Assembly (NCBI GenBank): GCA_049322915.1
Contig: JBMOPW010000021.1
Span: 1-64,000 of the forward strand
DNA: 64,000 nucleotides
Reading direction: 5' to 3'
Source of the DNA: Candidatus Zhuqueibacterota bacterium
GTDB lineage: Bacteria; Zhuqueibacterota; Zhuqueibacteria; Thermofontimicrobiales; Thermofontimicrobiaceae
Positions within the stretch are counted from its first letter, which is position 1, and each line of letters starts with the position of its first letter. Positions 10,152 through 19,776 of this stretch are shown piece by piece. Made by a program: the position numbers and the translations under genes. The notes under the pieces were generated by a model. The model was given only the letters and a program-made list of their open reading frames with translations. It made no database searches and had not been told where the DNA came from.

Positions 10152-10261
10152 AGACACAAAAAAGTATTGATTTCAATGCACACGCTGTCAACTAAGCATT
10201 CATATTAGTGGACGTGAAAAATAATTAGCGAATTTTTGGCCAAGTAACCATAGGAGTCATT

Positions 10262-12229
10262 ATGAAAAAAATGTTGCTGCTGTTATTTTTATGCGGAGCG
10301 TTGACCAGCTCCGGTTTTGGTCAGTATTTTTTAAACTGGGCCAGTTACGATTACATCAAAGCCGGCACGGATATCACCCGAAGCGTGGCGTACAATCCCA
10401 TCACAGACCACGTGCTTGTGGCCACCCGCTATTTCGGCGTCCCGGATATCATCATTCTGGACGCAGCCACAGGAGATTCCCTGGGCAGATTGGATACAGA
10501 CAATATGTGGAATGGAACCTATCCCATCAACATGGTCTCGGTCGCGGACGACGGGACGATTTATGCCACGAATTTGTCCGCGCCGCAATACACACCCGGT
10601 TCCACGCTGATGATCTACCGCTTTGCCAATGAAACGGCGCCAATGGAAACCGTGGCGGATGACGCACTGGATGGCGCGCGATACGGCGATTCTTTTGCCG
10701 CTGTGGGAACCGGCGCCGGGAAATATCTGTACGTCTCCGGCATGGGCAACTCCAATATCGCTGTGTTCCGCGACGAAGGCGGGGCCTCGCTGATTTTTGA
10801 TTCCTATCTGCCATTGCCCGTTCCAAGCGCGGCGCGGCATGGTATTTCGCCAGTTTCTCCCGGCGGTAAAGTGTGGATCAATGGCGCCGATACCGGGAAT
10901 CCAGCGCCGCAATTGCTGAATTCCGACGGAACGGTCATCACGGTTGTGCCCGATTCGTTGGCCTCTGCCGGCGGTACGTCCTGCATCCGGCATTTGGAGT
11001 TGGGGAATTACAAACTGATTGTCGTGTCCAATGCCTGGGGCGTCACAGTACGTTGTGTGCGCTATTTCGAGGACGAATTGGGCACTGTCACCTTCGATTA
11101 CTTCGGCGAAGATTCGGATTCCACCATGTTGTTTTACAATGGCGCGACCTACAATACCAACTTCAACGCCACAGCATCTCTGGATTACGATTCCAAACGT
11201 CATGCGATCATTTCGCTGTTCGGCTACAACAGCGTCGCGTCCGTGAGCATGGATTCGCTGCTGAAAGCCAGTACGCCGCGCTCGGATTCAATGACCATCA
11301 GCATCGACGGCAGCAATGACTTTTTCCCGACAGATCATGTCGGCGCCAGCAACGGCCGGGACATGTACCTCACCTGGTCCGAGGGCAAGGTCTTTGTAGG
11401 GGTGACCGGTTTCACCCTCATCGATCCGACTGGTAAGAACAGGATGTATGCGGTTTTTGATCTGGATCCCGATGGCACGAATGGATCTGCGACATCGCCG
11501 GAAGACGCTGGCGGCATCACCGCTTTCCCGTTTCTGGCGGATGTCGTGTACATGATCGAGTCCTGGAATGAGCCGGGATGGATGATTGGCACTATTTATA
11601 AATGGAATGGTTCGCAATGGACGAAAACCGAGTTCGATGGCAATATGGCCGCTCAGGGCGCGCTTGCAGCAGCCGCTGAGGGTGGTAGAAAATTGGCCGA
11701 ATTGGCCGCTATCAAAAATGCACCCGGCATTGGCGCCGACGTCCGCAACCTGGGGCTGTTAGTGTACGTCGCGGAAGCCAGCCCGACCGGACAGGTGCTT
11801 GCCGCCTTTCCATCCCGGAACGCCACTGTGACAGGCGCTAATTTCACCCATTATTTTTACGCGGATAGTCTCGGCAGCGGCATGTTCCCGGCAGATACCA
11901 GTGATGTGAAAATCCGAAGCGGGTCCACCGGCGTGGACGATGGCAACGATGGTGGGGTGATCGCTGATTATGCGCTGCATCAAAACTACCCCAATCCGTT
12001 CAATCCATCCACGACCATTCGATTCGGGATGTCAAAACCAGGCTTGGCAGCGATTGAGATTTATGACATCACAGGAAAACGCGTCCGGAGCCTGTTGCAC
12101 AAACGGCTGAACGCCGGCCTGCATGATGTGAATTTCTCCGGCGAGGGCCTGAGCAGCGGCGTCTATTTTTATCGGCTTAAAATTGCGGATGCCATTGTTG
12201 AAACCCGGAAGATGCTGTTTTTGAAATAA
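10262..12229 (+). CDS. Secreted DUF4623-like protein with T9SS type A sorting domain
   Basis: Signal peptide; repeat unit RSVAYNP..DHVLVATR...ILDAATGDSLGRLD...VSVADDG.IYATNL; CTD LHQNYPNPFNPSTTIRF...SSGVYFYRL...RKMLFLK. Confidence 0.8.
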   Translation: MKKMLLLLFLCGALTSSGFGQYFLNWASYDYIKAGTDITRSVAYNPITDHVLVATRYFGVPDIIILDAATGDSLGRLDTDNMWNGTYPINMVSVADDGTIYATNLSAPQYTPGSTLMIYRFANETAPMETVADDALDGARYGDSFAAVGTGAGKYLYVSGMGNSNIAVFRDEGGASLIFDSYLPLPVPSAARHGISPVSPGGKVWINGADTGNPAPQLLNSDGTVITVVPDSLASAGGTSCIRHLELGNYKLIVVSNAWGVTVRCVRYFEDELGTVTFDYFGEDSDSTMLFYNGATYNTNFNATASLDYDSKRHAIISLFGYNSVASVSMDSLLKASTPRSDSMTISIDGSNDFFPTDHVGASNGRDMYLTWSEGKVFVGVTGFTLIDPTGKNRMYAVFDLDPDGTNGSATSPEDAGGITAFPFLADVVYMIESWNEPGWMIGTIYKWNGSQWTKTEFDGNMAAQGALAAAAEGGRKLAELAAIKNAPGIGADVRNLGLLVYVAEASPTGQVLAAFPSRNATVTGANFTHYFYADSLGSGMFPADTSDVKIRSGSTGVDDGNDGGVIADYALHQNYPNPFNPSTTIRFGMSKPGLAAIEIYDITGKRVRSLLHKRLNAGLHDVNFSGEGLSSGVYFYRLKIADAIVETRKMLFLK

Positions 12230-12491
12230 GGATAAATGCCGTTCTCCAAATGCCCTGCGCGTAAAGCGAGTAACAGAATGAAGCATGCGCCGGGCATGTT
12301 GCAATGCGGTTTTCATTTTCGGGAGCATACGTTTCAATCCATTCACTGCGCCGGTAAATATCCAGAGCTTTCATGTAGCTGAATAGATTTTAATGATAGC
12401 TGATTCATCAGAAAAACGAGAAAGGAGGTAATCAGAAAAATTTTGTTCAGGTGATAAAGACTGAAATATAACAACAATTTTTGGAGGACTT

Positions 12492-15400
12492 ATGAAACAA
12501 TTTTTAACGGTAGTTTTATTCGTTTTTGTAGCAGCTAGTATGGCATTTGGCGGAGTTGAACTGACGACCGTGTGGGAAAAGTCCGCGTCCCATGGGACTC
12601 TGCCATCGTGGTTCGATACCACGGATAAGACGCGTGGATTGGATTACGGCAACGTGGGCGGAAACGACCGGCTCTACGTCGTGAGCCGCCACAACGGCAA
12701 CTTCATCTATATTCTCAACCCTGCGACTGGCGACTCGTTGGGAAGGCTCGATAACACCGGCATTACCGGCGGAACCTATCAAGTCAGCGATGTTGCCGTG
12801 TCTCAGGATGGAGTCATTTTTGTCTGCAATCTGGCTGTCGGCGGGACATTCATCGTGTACAAATGGACGGATGAAACAGCCGCTCCGGTGCAGGTCATCA
12901 CGTATGACGCGACCGGAAAAAGGCTGGGCGATAAGATGTCCATCTCCGGCGCTGCCTCGGACAATTCGCTGGTGATCTGGGCTGCTTCAGCCAATTCCAA
13001 CGATGTGGTGAAATTTACAACGGCCGATAACGGCGCCACATTCACGCCGGAAACGATCAATGTCGGCAGGACTGGCGGCAGCGCTTCGGTTGACCTTGTG
13101 ACCGATGGGTCCGGCGATTTTTATTACAATGCCACCAGTCAGCACGTGTTCAAATATGCGTCGACAGGCGCGCTACTCGGCGAAGTCCCCGGCGAGGTCG
13201 TGGCGACTGGCTCCAATGCCATCCGCTACATCACGACTACCGGGAATCTGGAATATTTCGCCACGTTCCAATTCGGCACCGGCAACCAGAACGCCCGAAT
13301 CGTCCGCGTTCCCAATGGCGATCTGGCGAGCGCGTCGAGCTACAGTCTCACGTCAGCGCTCGGCAGCAACAGCAACGCCAATGGCGCCGGCGATGTGGCC
13401 ATCAAAGACAATGGTGATGGGACCTTCAATGTTTTTGTGCTGGCCACCAACAATGGTTTGGGCGTCTATCAGATAAAATTCCCTGTGCCGGCCATTGATC
13501 CGATTAATATGACGCTGGATTGGGAATCTGATATTAATGATTATGCTTTTTTCAAAAACGATAACAATACGCGCGGCATTGGATTCAATCCCATGACCGA
13601 TCATCTGCTGGTGGCTTCACGAACCGGCGGGACGTTCATTTACGCTATTGATGCGGCGACCGGCGCTGTGGTCGATACGCTGGATATGACCGGCGTCAGC
13701 GGCGGCACCCTGCATCTCATGAAAGTGTCCGTGGACTCCAAAGGCGTCATCTATGCCTGCAATCTGGCTCTGGCCAATGGCGAGTTCAAAATGTATCGGT
13801 GGGCTGATGAGAAAGCTGTTCCCACCCAGGCGTTTGCCGGGATTGTCACTGGCCGAACCGGTGATTCATTCAGCCTCAGCGGCGATAGCCTCAACACCAT
13901 CATCTACGCCAGCGGCACCGGCAATGCTCAGGTTGAAGTATTCACCACCGCTGATGGGCTGATGTTCACAAAGGGGACGGCGATCCCGGTCGCCAGCGGC
14001 GCTGCCCGCGGAGGTATTTCCGCCATCACGACAGATGTCAATTCGGACGTCTGGATCAATGGCACCGGCACACAGGTGCAGCGCGTTGCAGCCAATGGCG
14101 CCGTGGTGACAGCCATCGATGGAGCGATCATCGCAGCGTCGTGGATGAATGTGGCTTTTATCGAGTCGGCCACCGGCGCGAAGCTGCTGCTGGTCAATGC
14201 CAATGACGTGGCCGGGGACAGGCGAAAATTACAGGTGTGGGATATCACCTCCTCGGAAACGGCGCCGGTTTTATGGGCTGCCGGCGAAACGTCCTATCTG
14301 GAATTTACCAATGGCAATGCATGCGGCGAAATCATTGCCCGTGACAATGGCGACGGCACATTTAAAGTGTATCAAATGGCCAGCAACAATGCCATTGCCA
14401 CGTGGACCCTGCAGATCCCTGAAGTCATTTCTGTCATGACAATCGCCGAAGCCAAAGTGGATGCCAATGGCGATTTTGTACCGGACTTGCTGGATCAGGA
14501 AGTGACGATCAAGGGTATCATCACCACTCCCAATTACAGCTCCACTTCACAATATTACATGCAGGATGAGACCGCCGGCATTCAGGTCTACGGAATTGCG
14601 CTGACGCCCGCCCTGAATATTGGCGATGAAATTATCGTCGCCGGTAAAATTGATCAGTACCGCGGCGCCACGGAAATTGTGGAATTTACCGCCGAAACAG
14701 TGACTCTCCTCAGCACCGGTAATGTCGTTGAACCGCTTGTTACCACAATCGGCGAGCTCTCGGAGGCTGTTGAAGGTGTCCTTGTCCGGATCAACGGCGT
14801 GAAAATGATCGATCCCACGCAATGGCCGGCTGAGACGAAAAATGGCAATGTCTACATCACAGATGGTGTGGACACGACCTATGTTTTCATTGATAAAGAA
14901 ACCAACCTGGACGGATGGACGCCGCCGGTGGGCAAGTTTGATCTCATTGCAGTGTGCGAGCAATTCACCTACAGCGAACCGGCCAACGACGGCTATTCCC
15001 TGCGAGGCACATTGCAGGAACATTTCATCCCATTGCCCATCGTCGAGCTTCCGCTGTTCGACGGCGCTACTGACGGCACATTGGATCTGGAATGGGTGCT
15101 CAATACCTACACCGGCCCTGGAAAAATTAATGTCGCTGACTCCACGGCAAGCGCCTGGGGCAGCCATGTGATCACCTACTGGGATTCCACCGGCTCCGGC
15201 CTGGTTCATGTCAAAGATGCGTTATTTGCCGATTACACCATCTCCGCTGATTTTTACCTTGTCGCGGAGCCTGCTTCAGCGACTCTGTATTCGGGTCTCG
15301 GCATACGAATGTCCCATGATGAATTGAAGTATTTCCGGTTCATCTACCGCAATGCTTCTTCGGACAATGGCCAATTGTGGCTGCAAGGTTCGCTGGGATC

Positions 15401-17483
15401 CGGCTCATATTATATTGACAAAAAATGGAAACCTGAAGTGGACTTTGCGCCCATCACGACCGGCTGGCATAATCTGAAAGTCACGGTTGTGGACAATCTC
15501 TACTGGACATTTTTAGATGGCGTTCTCCTGCCAGGCTGTCCGTTCGAGGATACCGATCGTATCCTGGCTGAGGGCTATCCCGGCATTTACAAGTATGCGT
15601 CCAAAGAAGGAACCATTTATTTCGATAATTTCACAGTCACAGAACCGGTGATTCCGCCTGTTCCTGAACCGGAACCACTCTATCCGTTGTGGGCGAAAAC
15701 CCAGGCCGCCGGTAACTATCCGGCTTATATGTCCACAGCAAATTACACGCGCGGCATGGCCTACGGCAACGTGAATGGCGCGGATCGCGTCTACGTGGTG
15801 ACGCGAACGGGTGTGCACCGAATTGTCATCCACGACGCCATGACCGGCGATAGCCTCGGTGTGATCGCCAAACCGACCCAGGCTGAAGGTGTGGGATTGT
15901 TCCATATCAACGCGGTGGATGTCTCGGACGACGGCATGATTTTCGTCTCCAACATGACGCTCAATTGCGACGCGACCAATCCGTTCCGCGTGTATAGCTG
16001 GAACAGTGAGTCTGCAGAAGCGCAGACAGCTATTTCGTACGACGCCGGCATTGGAAGAATGGGCGATATGTTCAGTGTCTACGGCAGCGCCAGCGATAAC
16101 TCGCTGACCATTTACGCCGCAGTCGCCAGCAGCAATAAAATCGTCAGGTTCACCACAGCGGATAACGGCGTCAGTTTCACGCCGCAGGTGATTGAACTGG
16201 CGTCCGGCGGTTTCGGCTCGCTGCCCAATGTGGCCCAGACCAAAGAGGGGACGCTGTACGTCAAATCCTATGGCAATCCATTGTTCCAACTGGATGCGGC
16301 GACCGGCGCCATGGATACCGTTTCCAGTGAAGTTGTCGGGACCGGCGCTTCCAAAATCAAATCGTTCAATGCCGGGGATAACGAATACCTGATCGTCTAT
16401 TACCCGGATCTGCCCGGCGCTGGCGATGCAGAAAAGATGGCCATTGTGGACGTGACTGATGGCCCTCAAAAGGCGCTGGTCGTTTATGAATCGGCTTCCA
16501 TTGGCGCCTTTGCCAACGGCAACGGCACTGGCTCGGTGGATGTGAAATCGATCTCCGCTGACCAGCATCTGTTCTTCATCATGGGCACCAATAATGGCGT
16601 GGCCGCATTTTCCAATGACAGCGAATTCGTCATTGCCAATCTGGATACGTTATTCTACGGCAACACCCCGGTGCTTCATCCCAATCCGTACGGTGACGGT
16701 TATATTGTCGGCACCAATAGCTATGGCGATCTCGGCAAATACCAGCGGTTCGATTTCATCGCCGGGGACGAACTGACCGGATTCAAGATGTACTTTGCAG
16801 CAAAATCCATCACCGGCCAAGCAGATACCCTGGATCTGGTGGTCAAGCTCGTGGCTGAAAATGGCGGTCCCGGCGCTACAATTGCAGCGCTGAAAACCAC
16901 CACGGACGTGCTGGATACCACCGGTATGGGCAATATTTTCTTCCTGAAAAATCCCATTTCGCTGGATGGCCCGGTATTCATCGGGTTCGAGTGGTCGTCG
17001 AAAGTCGATGATGCGTTTGCTCTGTTCGCTGATGCGAACGGCGAAGGCGACAATGCCGGCCGCTCCTGGGAAAAATTCGCCGATGGAGCGTACAATGATT
17101 TCGGCGGTATTCTGAATCCCAGTTTCGCATGGAATGTCGACGTCGATTTGTGGATCGCCGCCTATTACATCGAAGGCGTTGTTTCGTCTGTGAATAAACC
17201 CGCTGCGGTCGTCATTCCGGAAGGATTTGAATTGGGCCAGAATTATCCCAACCCATTCAATCCATCGACCTCGATCAGTCTGGCTATCCCGGTAAATTGC
17301 GAAGTGGATATCGCTGTCTACAATCTACTGGGTCAGAAAGTAGCGGATGTCTTCCAGGGAAGACTCAACGCTGGCTATCATAAATTCCAGTTCATGGCAA
17401 AGAATTTGACCAGTGGCATTTATTTCTACAAAGTGAAAGCTGGCAGTTTTGAAACTGTGAAGAAAATGACATTGATTAAGTAA
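12492..17483 (+). CDS. Large modular secreted protein: 3 DUF4623-like repeats, OB-fold-like and lectin-like modules, T9SS type A CTD
   Basis: Three ~300 aa units beginning RGLDYG / RGIGFNP / RGMAYG. Central TIAEAKVD...VTIKGIIT...YMQDETAGIQVY OB-fold-like region. PVIPPVPEPEP linker. CTD LGQNYPNPFNPST...SGIYFYKV...KKMTLIK. GGAGG RBS. Confidence 0.8.
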   Translation: MKQFLTVVLFVFVAASMAFGGVELTTVWEKSASHGTLPSWFDTTDKTRGLDYGNVGGNDRLYVVSRHNGNFIYILNPATGDSLGRLDNTGITGGTYQVSDVAVSQDGVIFVCNLAVGGTFIVYKWTDETAAPVQVITYDATGKRLGDKMSISGAASDNSLVIWAASANSNDVVKFTTADNGATFTPETINVGRTGGSASVDLVTDGSGDFYYNATSQHVFKYASTGALLGEVPGEVVATGSNAIRYITTTGNLEYFATFQFGTGNQNARIVRVPNGDLASASSYSLTSALGSNSNANGAGDVAIKDNGDGTFNVFVLATNNGLGVYQIKFPVPAIDPINMTLDWESDINDYAFFKNDNNTRGIGFNPMTDHLLVASRTGGTFIYAIDAATGAVVDTLDMTGVSGGTLHLMKVSVDSKGVIYACNLALANGEFKMYRWADEKAVPTQAFAGIVTGRTGDSFSLSGDSLNTIIYASGTGNAQVEVFTTADGLMFTKGTAIPVASGAARGGISAITTDVNSDVWINGTGTQVQRVAANGAVVTAIDGAIIAASWMNVAFIESATGAKLLLVNANDVAGDRRKLQVWDITSSETAPVLWAAGETSYLEFTNGNACGEIIARDNGDGTFKVYQMASNNAIATWTLQIPEVISVMTIAEAKVDANGDFVPDLLDQEVTIKGIITTPNYSSTSQYYMQDETAGIQVYGIALTPALNIGDEIIVAGKIDQYRGATEIVEFTAETVTLLSTGNVVEPLVTTIGELSEAVEGVLVRINGVKMIDPTQWPAETKNGNVYITDGVDTTYVFIDKETNLDGWTPPVGKFDLIAVCEQFTYSEPANDGYSLRGTLQEHFIPLPIVELPLFDGATDGTLDLEWVLNTYTGPGKINVADSTASAWGSHVITYWDSTGSGLVHVKDALFADYTISADFYLVAEPASATLYSGLGIRMSHDELKYFRFIYRNASSDNGQLWLQGSLGSGSYYIDKKWKPEVDFAPITTGWHNLKVTVVDNLYWTFLDGVLLPGCPFEDTDRILAEGYPGIYKYASKEGTIYFDNFTVTEPVIPPVPEPEPLYPLWAKTQAAGNYPAYMSTANYTRGMAYGNVNGADRVYVVTRTGVHRIVIHDAMTGDSLGVIAKPTQAEGVGLFHINAVDVSDDGMIFVSNMTLNCDATNPFRVYSWNSESAEAQTAISYDAGIGRMGDMFSVYGSASDNSLTIYAAVASSNKIVRFTTADNGVSFTPQVIELASGGFGSLPNVAQTKEGTLYVKSYGNPLFQLDAATGAMDTVSSEVVGTGASKIKSFNAGDNEYLIVYYPDLPGAGDAEKMAIVDVTDGPQKALVVYESASIGAFANGNGTGSVDVKSISADQHLFFIMGTNNGVAAFSNDSEFVIANLDTLFYGNTPVLHPNPYGDGYIVGTNSYGDLGKYQRFDFIAGDELTGFKMYFAAKSITGQADTLDLVVKLVAENGGPGATIAALKTTTDVLDTTGMGNIFFLKNPISLDGPVFIGFEWSSKVDDAFALFADANGEGDNAGRSWEKFADGAYNDFGGILNPSFAWNVDVDLWIAAYYIEGVVSSVNKPAAVVIPEGFELGQNYPNPFNPSTSISLAIPVNCEVDIAVYNLLGQKVADVFQGRLNAGYHKFQFMAKNLTSGIYFYKVKAGSFETVKKMTLIK

Positions 17484-17924
17484 ACGAATGAAAAATGAAA
17501 CAGCGCGTACATTGCGCCGTTTCGAATCGTGATCATAATGGGGCGTATGGAACGTCGTTGAAGTGCATTTCATACGCCCCTGTGTTAAGCGCAGCGGCGT
17601 CGCTTTTCCTGGCTAGAAGTTCGCCGAAAAATTCATCCGATAATACTCCTGGCTGAAGGTACTTCATTCATCGGTGGGATGTGAGAGTCGCCGGAAAAGG
17701 CTGGCGACCCGATCCCGGAACAGCGCTTGGGCGTGAAGCGCAACGTGAGTCAACTATGAGAAATGATTCTCAATCCGCTCTTTCGATTTGAACAAAACAG
17801 CGCTCGCCGTCGTTAAGCATTATCGCGGTGATGCTCCGACGCAGCAATCATCGCATGCACGGCAGGCAACCCCAGCCGGGTGATGGCGGCCGTCAGAAAC
17901 AAGGTATTCTAACTGAGAAAATTC

Positions 17925-19775
17925 ATGAATAAATTATTATTATATATCTGTCTCTTTGGTCTTTATGCAGCGCACATCCATGCCCAGCCAACGGAATTCC
18001 GCGGGGTCTGGATTGCCTGGGCTGGCGACAATGTTCCCACCAAAACCCGCATTGCGGAAATGATGGACGACCTGGCAGCGCATAACATGAACACGGTCTA
18101 CGTGGATGTGTGGCGCTTCGGCTATCCCTATTTTCGCAGCCAGGTCTATCATCAATTGACCGGATTGTACACCGACCCGGCCATCGAAGCCGGCCGCGAT
18201 GTGCTGGCGGAGATGATCGCAGAGGGGCATCGCGCCGGGCTCCATGTCGAAGCGTGGTTCGAATACGGATTCGTCGCCTGTCAGGGCACTATCGAGCATC
18301 TCTATCTGGCGCACCCGGAGTGGTTTGCCAAAAAGCGGGACGGCTCTGTGTTGTTCAACGGCGATTACCGCTACAAGTGGCTCAGCCATTGCAATCCGCA
18401 CGCGCAGCAATTCCTCATCGACCTGGCTCAGGAGGTCGCCCTGAATTACGATGTGGATGGCATCGAAATGGATCGGATCCGATACCCGGAATTGGATTGC
18501 GGCTATGATTCGGTCACTGTGGCGCTGTACAAGCAGGCCCATGCCGGGGCGCCGCCGCCGCAAAATACCAGTCACTCCGGCTGGAAGGCCTGGCGCGCGG
18601 AAAAGCTCACAGAATTCTCCGCCATATTTTATGACTCCATCAAAGCTGTTCGGCCCGATCTGCCGGTGAGCAACGCGCCCATTGTTTATCCCTATGGTTA
18701 TGATAATTTTTGCCAGGACTGGCGGCCGTGGATTAACAGCAATTATCTCGATGTCGTTTCGCCGCAGGTGTATCGCGCCACCAACGACTCGTACACCTAC
18801 GATTTGAATATTCAGCTTTCATACGTGAACGACCGATCTAAATTTTACCCGGGACTCACGTCCATCACGGACAACGACCTGGTGCCGACGAGCGAAATTC
18901 TTGCCATGATTAAAACTACGCGCAATCGCGGTTTGATCGGCCATGTGATCTGGTTTTACGACGCGCTTGCCGATGATCTGCCGGCGTTGAAAGCCGCTGT
19001 GTACCAGCAAAAGGCCCACGTCCCGGGCATGCCGGAAGACTGGCGCCGTCCGGCCATCATCATCAATGAGAGCGATGCGCCGGTCGCCCGATCAGCGGGC
19101 TGGACTGAATATACCGCCCTGTCCGGATTCGCAGGCGGGTGTCTCTATGCCAGCGATCCGGGCGACGTCTGGATCGATTATTCGGCCGACGTCAGCGAAT
19201 CCGGCTGGTACGAGTTGTACAATTACAATATCTTCCACTGGAATGCCGCGAAGGCCGCGCCGTTTCTGGTGTATCACGCAGCCGGGATCGATACCGTGCA
19301 GGTCGATTTGAGCGTCTCAGGCCAGTCGCGCTGGTTCAAACTCGGCGATTATTTTTTCGATGCCGGCAATTCGAAAAAAATAGTGCGACTCGCGCCCGGC
19401 GATCAGAGCGGCCGAATTGTGTTCGCGGACGCGCTGATGCTGCTGAACAGCAATCGTCTCAGCGGGACAAGCGCGGTGACTGAGCCGGAAAAAAAAACTG
19501 AAAATACGCCGATAGATATTGTATTGAGTCAGAATTATCCCAATCCGTTCAATGGCGCGACGAGGATACAATTTGAAATTGCCCGGCGGAGCAGGGTGAC
19601 GCTGGAATTATTCGATGTGCTGGGCAATCGGGTTCGGCTGTGGCGCCAGGGCGAACTGAATCCCGGCATGCATTCGATTCATGTCGAACCTGGCGATTTG
19701 CCCGGGGGAATTTATTTCTATCGATTGAAAGCCGGGCAGACGGCGCAAACACGAAAGATGGTGCTGGTCAAATAA
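17925..19775 (+). CDS. Glycoside hydrolase-like 10 (GHL10/YddW-type) protein with golvesin-like domain and T9SS CTD
   Basis: EFRGVWI, LHVEAWFEYG, YDVDGIEMDRIRYP, QDWRPW, SPQVY; golvesin-like SGWYELY...RWFKLGDYFFDAG; CTD SQNYPNPFN...RKMVLVK. Confidence 0.85.
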   Translation: MNKLLLYICLFGLYAAHIHAQPTEFRGVWIAWAGDNVPTKTRIAEMMDDLAAHNMNTVYVDVWRFGYPYFRSQVYHQLTGLYTDPAIEAGRDVLAEMIAEGHRAGLHVEAWFEYGFVACQGTIEHLYLAHPEWFAKKRDGSVLFNGDYRYKWLSHCNPHAQQFLIDLAQEVALNYDVDGIEMDRIRYPELDCGYDSVTVALYKQAHAGAPPPQNTSHSGWKAWRAEKLTEFSAIFYDSIKAVRPDLPVSNAPIVYPYGYDNFCQDWRPWINSNYLDVVSPQVYRATNDSYTYDLNIQLSYVNDRSKFYPGLTSITDNDLVPTSEILAMIKTTRNRGLIGHVIWFYDALADDLPALKAAVYQQKAHVPGMPEDWRRPAIIINESDAPVARSAGWTEYTALSGFAGGCLYASDPGDVWIDYSADVSESGWYELYNYNIFHWNAAKAAPFLVYHAAGIDTVQVDLSVSGQSRWFKLGDYFFDAGNSKKIVRLAPGDQSGRIVFADALMLLNSNRLSGTSAVTEPEKKTENTPIDIVLSQNYPNPFNGATRIQFEIARRSRVTLELFDVLGNRVRLWRQGELNPGMHSIHVEPGDLPGGIYFYRLKAGQTAQTRKMVLVK

Positions 19776-19776
19776 A

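Noticed and set aside
15513..16568. 351 aa minus-strand ORF, and many similar 100-300 aa ORFs opposite real genes (e.g. 10331-11203, 32046-32927, 54039-54920)
   Set aside because: Antisense shadows expected from GC-rich codon usage; they overlap well-supported CDSs.
17756..17772. TGAGAAATGATTCTCA, a Fur-box-like palindrome
   Set aside because: Spacing is 7-2-7 rather than 7-1-7, there is no clear promoter beside it, and no iron genes are nearby.
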